The notes beneath the pieces are model-generated. The model ran no database searches, was not told the origin of the DNA, and saw only the letters and a list, made by a program, of their open reading frames with translations. The translations under genes and the position numbers were made by a program. From contig NZ_WUUQ01000005.1 of assembly GCF_009831105.1 (NCBI RefSeq), forward strand, positions 30,796 through 62,795: DNA of 32,000 nucleotides. Direction: 5' to 3'. The DNA is from Copranaerobaculum intestinale (GTDB lineage Bacteria > Bacillota_I > Bacilli_A > Erysipelotrichales > Erysipelotrichaceae). Every line of letters starts with the position of its first letter. Position 1 is the first letter of the stretch. This document shows positions 26,108-32,000 of this stretch, piece after piece.

Positions 26108-26135
26108 ATTATACGTCTTTTTTGAAAGCAAGCAA
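26108..26135 (-). promoter_or_regulatory. promoter candidate for tetR
   Basis: On the minus strand: TTGCTT, 16 nt, TATAAT. Confidence 0.5.
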
Positions 26136-26151
26136 AGGAGAATGTTTCCAG

Positions 26152-26179
26152 AGCGGTAATTATTACCGCTGTTTTTTTA
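26152..26179. promoter_or_regulatory. 19-bp perfect palindrome followed by a T-run, between divergent tetR and dinB (operator or + strand attenuator/terminator)
   Basis: AGCGGTAAT-T-ATTACCGCT (26152-26170), followed by GTTTTTTTA (26171-26179). Confidence 0.55.
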
Positions 26180-26222
26180 TTTCGGACTGCCGTATATATG
26201 AGGTACAGGTGGTGGTTAAAAC

Positions 26223-27470
26223 GTGGAACGGGCGATTTTACATTGTGATTTGAATAATTTTTACTGCAGTGTAGAGCTTGTGAAGCATCCAAGGCTCAAA
26301 GGGAAACCGGTAGTAGTAGCAGGAGATATTACCAAGCGTCACGGCATTATTCTGGCAAAATCCTATGAAGCGAAAGCATATGGCATCACAACCGGAGATG
26401 CGCTGTATGAAGCGTATGAAAAATGTCCGGATCTGATTGCGGTCGATGCGCATTTTGAGGATTATTTATATTACTCACAGCGGGTAAAAGCGATCTATGA
26501 ACGCTACAGTGATCAGATTGAATCGTATGGTATCGATGAATGCTGGATCGATGTAACCGGTTCTCTGTCCTATTTTGGATGTGATGCGAACATACTGGCT
26601 GATCGTATCCGAAAGCAGGTGTTTGAGGAACTGGGATTGACCATTTCGGTCGGGGTATCTTGGAATAAGGTATTTGCGAAGCTGGGCAGTGATTATCAGA
26701 AACCGTATGCGACCACGGTTATCAGCAAGGATAACTATCAGCAGCTGGTATGGAGACTCCCGGCACAGGATCTTTTATTTGTCGGACGATCCAGTGCAGA
26801 GAAATTATATCGGCAGGGAATCTATACCATCGGTGATATTGCTCGTAATGAAGCTTCGCTTATGAAGCAGCTGTTAGGTAAGGCAGGTGAGATGCTGTGG
26901 GCTTTTGCCCGCGGCATGGATGTGTCTAAGGTGGCGCTGTCAGATTATATGCGGGAAATTAAGAGCGTCGGCAATTCGATTACTACGGTACGGGATATTT
27001 ATACGGAAGAAGAAGCAAAGCTGGTTTTTTATGTTCTGTGTGAATCAGTAGCTGAACGTTTGAAGCGGCAGGGACTGGAAGGCCGCACGATCTGTATCTA
27101 TCTGCGCAGCTGGGATCTTCATTCCTTTACCCGACAGGTGACGCTGGATGATCCAACCGATATCTGTGAGGAAATCATGGAACAGGTAATGATGTTACTG
27201 CACCGTCATTATGCGTTCAAGGAACCGCTGCGTTCAATCGGCTTGCAGGTTACGCAGCTGAAAACCAAACAGCGTCCGGTACAGCTGACCTTGATCGGCG
27301 ATCAAAAACGGCGCAGCCGCAGCCGTACCATCGATCAGGTGATGGCGGCAGTTCGGGAACGCTATGGACATGCCAGCATTAAACGCTGCAGTATGCTTCT
27401 GGAACCGGAGTTAACTGCCTTTGATCCGCTTCATGAACATATCATCCATCCGGAAATATTCATTCGCTGA
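26223..27470 (+). CDS. dinB: DNA polymerase IV (Y-family translesion polymerase)
   Basis: ILHCDLNNFYCSVE, YGIDECWIDVTG and SVGVSWNKVFAKLGSDYQKP are Y-family motifs. The start is GTG, with RBS AGGTGGTGG 6 nt upstream. Confidence 0.9.
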   Translation: MERAILHCDLNNFYCSVELVKHPRLKGKPVVVAGDITKRHGIILAKSYEAKAYGITTGDALYEAYEKCPDLIAVDAHFEDYLYYSQRVKAIYERYSDQIESYGIDECWIDVTGSLSYFGCDANILADRIRKQVFEELGLTISVGVSWNKVFAKLGSDYQKPYATTVISKDNYQQLVWRLPAQDLLFVGRSSAEKLYRQGIYTIGDIARNEASLMKQLLGKAGEMLWAFARGMDVSKVALSDYMREIKSVGNSITTVRDIYTEEEAKLVFYVLCESVAERLKRQGLEGRTICIYLRSWDLHSFTRQVTLDDPTDICEEIMEQVMMLLHRHYAFKEPLRSIGLQVTQLKTKQRPVQLTLIGDQKRRSRSRTIDQVMAAVRERYGHASIKRCSMLLEPELTAFDPLHEHIIHPEIFIR

Positions 27471-27582
27471 ACAGGACGGCAGCTCGGAAATTATCTCGGA
27501 CAAGGATAATCCTTTTCAAAATGGGTTCCTGCCGTTATAATAGAAAGCGGATAAGCACTTATCAAAAGTGAGGAATACAGCC

Positions 27583-28830
27583 GTGAAACTGATCGATGAT
27601 CAAAATGTTATGTATATTGTCCGCAATGTGCTGGACGCCGTGGATAATCGCTTGGTAGCGCACGGCGAACGGGTCGCTTACCTAGTCTGGAAAATCATGG
27701 CCTTTGAAGGCCGGCTGCCCAAGGAGATCCGCATTGCGAGCGAACTGGCGCTGATGCATGACATCGGTGCTTTTAAGACGGATGAAATCGATTCGATGCT
27801 GACATTTGATTGCGGTGCCTCATGGGATCATGCAATCTATGGCTATGTGTTTTTGAAATATCTTTCACCGCTGGAAATGTATGCTGATTGTGTTCTTTAT
27901 CATCATCTGCCATATGAAAAGCTCGCGGGTGTATCGTGCAGTCATCCTTATATTACTTCTTTGATCCATTTGTGTGACCGCATTGATGTGCTATCCCGCA
28001 GCGCGGAAGGCGTGACAAAGGAAAAGCTGGCGAGCTATCCTAAGGGGGAGTTTGATGAGCAACGAATCCGCAGCTTCTTCAAGCTTGAGGAAGCGGAGCA
28101 GATTCTGCGTAAATTGAGTGAGGGAACCTATCAAGAGGAAAATAACCGGCATTTTCAAAGGTTTAGATTCAGCGAAGAAACAAAAGTGAAGTATCTGGAA
28201 ATGCTTGCTTACTCCATTGATTTCAACAGTGAACATATGGTGCTTCATACCATTATGACCGTAGCGCTCAGCGTTGAGATCGCCCGCTTTATGGGACTGC
28301 CCGACAATGATGTAGAAAAGATCAAATACGGAAGTCTGCTTCACGATATCGGAAAAGTAAAAATACCGATGTCAATTTTGGAGAAAGCAGGGTCACTAAA
28401 TGATGAAGAAATGAAAGTCATGCGTAATCACGTTGTTTACAGTGAAGAAATATTGAGCGATTATCTTCCCAGGGATATTTATTTGATCGCTGTACGCCAT
28501 CATGAAAAGCTGAATGGCAGAGGCTATCCGCATGGGTTATGCGCCGATGATCTGACGATATCTGAGCGGATTGTTGCGATCGCCGACATCACCAGCGCGC
28601 TGTTAGGCAAGCGCAGCTATAAAGAGAAGATGTCACAGGAGAAAACGCTGCACATTCTGCATCAAATGGGTGAGCAGGGAGAGCTGGATATTGATATCAT
28701 CAATTTTTTGGAGGAATATCAGAATGTGATTTTCAAGCGAGCCAGTGCCAGCGGGGATCATGTATATATGCTGTATCAGGAAATGCTAGAAGAATATCAT
28801 AGACTCATACAGGAAGTTGCCCGGATTTGA
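27583..28830 (+). CDS. tandem HD-domain protein: degenerate N-terminal HD domain + C-terminal HD-GYP c-di-GMP phosphodiesterase domain
   Basis: The C-domain has HTIMTVALS, LLHDIGK, HHEKLNGRGYPHG and ADITSAL. The N-domain keeps HGERVA and MHDIGAF but has HHLPYEKL in place of the GYP region. The start is GTG 27583 (GAGGA 8 nt upstream) or GTG 27568. Confidence 0.8.
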   Translation: MKLIDDQNVMYIVRNVLDAVDNRLVAHGERVAYLVWKIMAFEGRLPKEIRIASELALMHDIGAFKTDEIDSMLTFDCGASWDHAIYGYVFLKYLSPLEMYADCVLYHHLPYEKLAGVSCSHPYITSLIHLCDRIDVLSRSAEGVTKEKLASYPKGEFDEQRIRSFFKLEEAEQILRKLSEGTYQEENNRHFQRFRFSEETKVKYLEMLAYSIDFNSEHMVLHTIMTVALSVEIARFMGLPDNDVEKIKYGSLLHDIGKVKIPMSILEKAGSLNDEEMKVMRNHVVYSEEILSDYLPRDIYLIAVRHHEKLNGRGYPHGLCADDLTISERIVAIADITSALLGKRSYKEKMSQEKTLHILHQMGEQGELDIDIINFLEEYQNVIFKRASASGDHVYMLYQEMLEEYHRLIQEVARI

Positions 28831-28896
28831 GGTTTATCAAAAAGCGAGTGTGTGGTATACTGATACTACTTGTATGAAGCATACAGGAGGTTTGTT

Positions 28897-29541
28897 ATGA
28901 ATGATTTAAGTCTTGATAATCTGATCTATCTGCTGCCCGCAGTACTGATCGCACTGTCGCTGCATGAATTTGCCCACGGTTGGGTTTCTTATAAATTGGG
29001 AGATCCGACTCCCAAAGCGGAAGGGCGGCTGACCTTGAATCCGCTTCGCCATATTGATCCGTTTGGCACTGTATCCTTATTATTATTTGGATTTGGATGG
29101 GCAAAACCGGTCATGGTGAACCCACAGTATTACAAGGACCGCAAGTCAGGTATGATATGGACTGCCGTAGCCGGACCGCTGATGAATTTTTTTGTAGCTT
29201 TCATCTGCATGATGATCGCAGGCTTGATTTTAAAATTGTTTATGTATTCCAGTAATGATATTGTCCAATATCTCTATGTATTGATGCTGATTACGGCTCA
29301 GTTGAATATCGGTCTCGGTATTTTTAACCTGATTCCGATTCCGCCGCTGGATGGCTCTAAAATCTTGGCCGGGATGCTTCCGGAGGATCTGTATTTTAAA
29401 TTGATGCAGTATGAGAATATCATCGGTATATTACTGCTGGTGGTACTGTATGCCGGAATCCTGAACGGTCCGCTGTATCATGCCCGCAGTCTGATCTTTG
29501 AAAGCTTCCGTAATGTTTCCTATATGCTATTTGGGATTTAA
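28897..29541 (+). CDS. site-2 protease family (M50) membrane metalloprotease
   Basis: HEFAHG zinc motif, LNPLRHIDPFGT and NLIPIPPLDGSKI are present. The start is ATG 28897, 7 nt after AGGAGG. Confidence 0.85.
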   Translation: MNDLSLDNLIYLLPAVLIALSLHEFAHGWVSYKLGDPTPKAEGRLTLNPLRHIDPFGTVSLLLFGFGWAKPVMVNPQYYKDRKSGMIWTAVAGPLMNFFVAFICMMIAGLILKLFMYSSNDIVQYLYVLMLITAQLNIGLGIFNLIPIPPLDGSKILAGMLPEDLYFKLMQYENIIGILLLVVLYAGILNGPLYHARSLIFESFRNVSYMLFGI

Positions 29542-29547
29542 GGACAT

Positions 29548-29575
29548 GGCCGCCGCTGGCGGTCTTTCTTTTTGC
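29548..29575 (+). terminator. rho-independent terminator
   Basis: GGCCGCC, loop GCT, GGCGGTC (one G-U pair), then TTTCTTTTT. Confidence 0.7.
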
Positions 29576-29651
29576 CGGCATTTTCAGTTTTTAGCAGTAG
29601 TATTTTGGTTTGGGACTTTGTATAATAGACATAGTAAGAAAGGGTGAACCT

Positions 29652-30560
29652 ATGAGTAAATCACATAAAAAATGGTGGGTGATTCTGGCATGTCTGCTGG
29701 TTGCGGTAATGGTTGTCTGTGTTACCAAGCCGGCCTTTGCCATGGATGTAGGAAACAGTTTTTCCGGAGGAGGAGGTTCTTCGTCCGGCGGATCATTCAG
29801 CGGTGGCGGCAGCTACAGCGGCGGAGGATCGTTTGACGGCTTTGGCTTGTTTTTATTGCTGAGTCATCCTTCTGGGATTATTGGACTGATTATCATTGTA
29901 GCACTGTTTCTGCTGATCGGGAAAAGCAAGGCGAAAAACAGCGGAACGGGAACGAATATCCCCTATGCGAATCAGTTTTCCAGTAATTCCGGGATCAATG
30001 AAGATGCCGTGATTTCTAAAATTCAAAATATTGATCCGGACTTTTCCGCAGAGAATTTCAAAAGCTATGCCAGTGAGGTTTACCTGAGTGTGCAGGAGGC
30101 TTGGGAAAAACGAGAATGGCAGACGGTGCGGCCATTTGAAAGCAATAATCTGTTCAATGTGCATAATCGTCAGCTGCAGGAATATATCGATCAGCAAAAA
30201 ACCGATCATTTGGATATGCAGAATGTTCGTGATATAAAGCTGGCAGAATTTCGGGTTGACGGAAGCCGGGAGATATTAACGGTAAAGTTAGATGCGAGTC
30301 TTCTGGACTATGTAACTGATGACAATACCGGCAAAGTGCTGGAGGGAAGCAAAACCGTCTATCAGCATCGCAGCTATTGTCTGGAATTTATCCGCGCGGC
30401 TGGGGTGAAAACCAATGCGGCGAAGGATATGACAGTGACAAACTGTCCAAACTGCGGTGCCCCGACGCAGGTGACATCGAGCGGTATGTGTGAATACTGC
30501 AAGTCGGTCATCACCACCGGAGATTTTGGATGGGTACTGAACAAATACGCCAAATGGTAG
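29652..30560 (+). CDS. Tim44-like domain membrane protein with Gly/Ser-rich segment and C-terminal zinc ribbon
   Basis: The start is at MSKSHKKWWVILACLLVAVMVV (RBS AGGGTGA). Then come the low-complexity segment SFSGGGGSSSGGSFSGGGSYSGGGSF and a second TM helix. A Tim44-like region follows (FSAENFKSYASEVYLSVQEAWEKREWQTVRPFES...). The protein ends with CPNCGAPTQVTSSGMCEYCKS. Confidence 0.7.
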   Translation: MSKSHKKWWVILACLLVAVMVVCVTKPAFAMDVGNSFSGGGGSSSGGSFSGGGSYSGGGSFDGFGLFLLLSHPSGIIGLIIIVALFLLIGKSKAKNSGTGTNIPYANQFSSNSGINEDAVISKIQNIDPDFSAENFKSYASEVYLSVQEAWEKREWQTVRPFESNNLFNVHNRQLQEYIDQQKTDHLDMQNVRDIKLAEFRVDGSREILTVKLDASLLDYVTDDNTGKVLEGSKTVYQHRSYCLEFIRAAGVKTNAAKDMTVTNCPNCGAPTQVTSSGMCEYCKSVITTGDFGWVLNKYAKW

Positions 30561-30578
30561 AAAGGCAGGTAAACATAT

Positions 30579-31865
30579 ATGGGTTTAATTAAAGCAGCGT
30601 CCGCTGCGGCCAAAACGACGATGGCCGATCAGTGGCTGGAGTACTTCTATTGTGATTCTCTTTCTAATGATGTGCTGGTTCGCAAGGGGATCAAGCGGGT
30701 AGAGAAGGGAAGCAACTACAAGGGCAGTGAAAATATCATCACCAACGGATCAGGCATTGCGGTCAACGAGGGTCAGGCGATGCTGATTATCGAAGACGGC
30801 AAGGTCGTTGACTTTACCGTGGAGCCGGGACGGTTCACCTGGGATGCTTCCAGTGAGCCAAGCATGTTTGACAATGGCTGGAAGGGTTTGAAGGATTCGT
30901 TTAAAATCTTCGGCAAACGTTTTACTATGGGTGGAGATGCCGGCAAGGATCAGCGAGTATATTTCATCAACCTGAAAGAAATTTTTGATAATAAATTTGG
31001 CAGCGGCACGCCGATGCCGTATCGCGATCCGACATATCGCGGTATCTATATCCGCTATTTCGGACAGTATACCTTTAAGATCGTTGATCCGATTGTGTTC
31101 TTCTCGAACATTACCGGCAATGTCAGCGATGCTTATACGAAGGATGAATTGTTGGAGCAGTGCGACATGGAGTTTGTCAATGCGCTCGATACCGCGTTAA
31201 GCAAATGCTCTGATGAAGGCTATCAGTATAATGATCTGCCGAAAAAGCAGCGCGAAATTGCGCAGTTCATGAATGATACGCTGGATGAAGAATGGCGTTC
31301 CCGCCGCGGTATGGTGGTGGAATCGGTGGCGATTGCCAAAGTGACGCCGGATGATGCGTCCCGTAAGCGTATGGAAAACATCGATGATTCTATTATGATG
31401 TCTGATGCCCGTATTGCCAGCGGACGTATGGCCAGTGCGCAGGCAACTGCCATGGAAAACGCCGCCAGCAATGACGCCGGGGCATTTACCGGATTTTTAG
31501 GAATGGGAATGGCTGCCAATGCCGGCAACAATATGGCTGGTTCAATGCTTCAGGGCATGCAGTCACAGGAGAATAATCCGTTATTTAGCGGATCGACCCC
31601 CAAATCTGCAAATGGCTGGACCTGCGAATGCGGTCAGTCTAATGAAGGTAAGTTCTGCAGTTCTTGTGGAAAGCCGAAACCGGTAGCAAAAACGTGGAAA
31701 TGTGAATGCGGACATGAGAACACCGGGAAATTCTGCAGTGAATGCGGAAAGCCTAAGCCAGCACAAAAGGGATTTACCTGTTCCAATGAAGAATGCGGCT
31801 ATACATCGGATGCGGATATGAAATATTGTCCGAACTGCGGTGCCCCAAATAAGAATCAAAAATAA
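30579..31865 (+). CDS. SPFH-domain protein of the YdjI / 'virion core protein-like' family with three C-terminal zinc-ribbon motifs
   Basis: The N-terminus MGLIKAASAAAKTTMADQWLEYFYCDSL...NGSGIAVNEGQAMLIIEDGKVVDF is typical of this family. The tail (31617-31862) contains WTCECGQSNEGKFCSSCGKPKP, WKCECGHENTGKFCSECGKPKP and FTCSNEECGY...YCPNCGAP. Confidence 0.75.
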   Translation: MGLIKAASAAAKTTMADQWLEYFYCDSLSNDVLVRKGIKRVEKGSNYKGSENIITNGSGIAVNEGQAMLIIEDGKVVDFTVEPGRFTWDASSEPSMFDNGWKGLKDSFKIFGKRFTMGGDAGKDQRVYFINLKEIFDNKFGSGTPMPYRDPTYRGIYIRYFGQYTFKIVDPIVFFSNITGNVSDAYTKDELLEQCDMEFVNALDTALSKCSDEGYQYNDLPKKQREIAQFMNDTLDEEWRSRRGMVVESVAIAKVTPDDASRKRMENIDDSIMMSDARIASGRMASAQATAMENAASNDAGAFTGFLGMGMAANAGNNMAGSMLQGMQSQENNPLFSGSTPKSANGWTCECGQSNEGKFCSSCGKPKPVAKTWKCECGHENTGKFCSECGKPKPAQKGFTCSNEECGYTSDADMKYCPNCGAPNKNQK

Positions 31866-31884
31866 AAAGCTCGTCAGAGCTTTT
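31865..31884 (+). terminator. rho-independent terminator (first of two in tandem)
   Basis: AAAAGCTC, loop GTCA, GAGCTTTT. Confidence 0.65.
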
Positions 31885-31902
31885 CCTTAATTCAAAAATG
31901 AA

Positions 31903-31928
31903 CCGCACCACAAAGGTGCGGCTTTTTT
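31903..31928 (+). terminator. rho-independent terminator (second of two in tandem)
   Basis: CCGCACC, loop ACAAA, GGTGCGG, followed by CTTTTTT. Confidence 0.8.
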
Positions 31929-31968
31929 ATATAATAAAGGAGCTCACCCGACGAAAAGGAGCTCCCAG

Positions 31969-32000
31969 ATGAATTATAAACAATTAGATGATAAAAAGAA
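31969..32000 (+). CDS. 5' end of an unidentified gene (MNYKQLDDKK...), truncated by window
   Basis: ATG 31969 lies 7 nt after AAAAGGAG. Only 10 codons are visible. Confidence 0.3.
   Translation, partial: MNYKQLDDKK

Noticed and set aside
26138-26158. Five-codon mini-ORF (ATG TTT CCA GAG CGG TAA) ahead of the 26152 hairpin as a leader peptide
   Set aside because: The GGAGA lies immediately against the ATG with essentially no spacing, so translation initiation is doubtful. It is mentioned only as context for the attenuator hypothesis.

Overview
This is a 32-kb chromosomal segment from a low-GC Gram-positive bacterium. GGAGG-type ribosome-binding sites, TTGACA/TATAAT promoters and the gene content fit an Erysipelotrichia/Clostridia-type Firmicute, but the taxon is inference only. 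I call 35 protein-coding genes (2 truncated by the window edges, 2 low-confidence small ORFs), two stand-alone tRNA genes (tRNA-Glu UUC on +, tRNA-Leu UAG on -), and a set of hairpin terminators, promoters and palindromic operator candidates. I saw no rRNA, CRISPR array, transposase, integrase or phage genes. Order, left to right: transketolase 3' end; ACT/UPF0237 + UPF0210 pair; minimal sufC-sufB/D pair, apparently co-transcribed with a SARP-type regulator carrying a degenerate GGDEF domain and with a 121-aa orphan; tRNA-Glu; DUF3788; Isf-like flavoprotein; GH13-DUF1653 fusion; PadR-DUF1700-DUF4097 operon; membrane-anchored C39-like cysteine peptidase; a visibly AT-rich island with two paralogous secreted orphan proteins, bracketed by an imperfect direct repeat; a leaderless 4xFN3 protein with an extremely Cys-rich tail; tRNA-Leu; YfcE-like phosphoesterase; CinA; MFS transporter; large GH73 wall hydrolase; GT4 glycosyltransferase; NUDIX; TPR/Sel1; TetR; DinB; HD-GYP; M50 protease; Tim44-like + SPFH/zinc-ribbon pair. 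The best candidates for something undescribed are the 11.3-15.8 kb block (peptidase, secreted paralogs, repeat, Cys-rich FN3 protein) and the SARP/GGDEF-like regulator. All family assignments come from reading motifs by eye and no searches were run.
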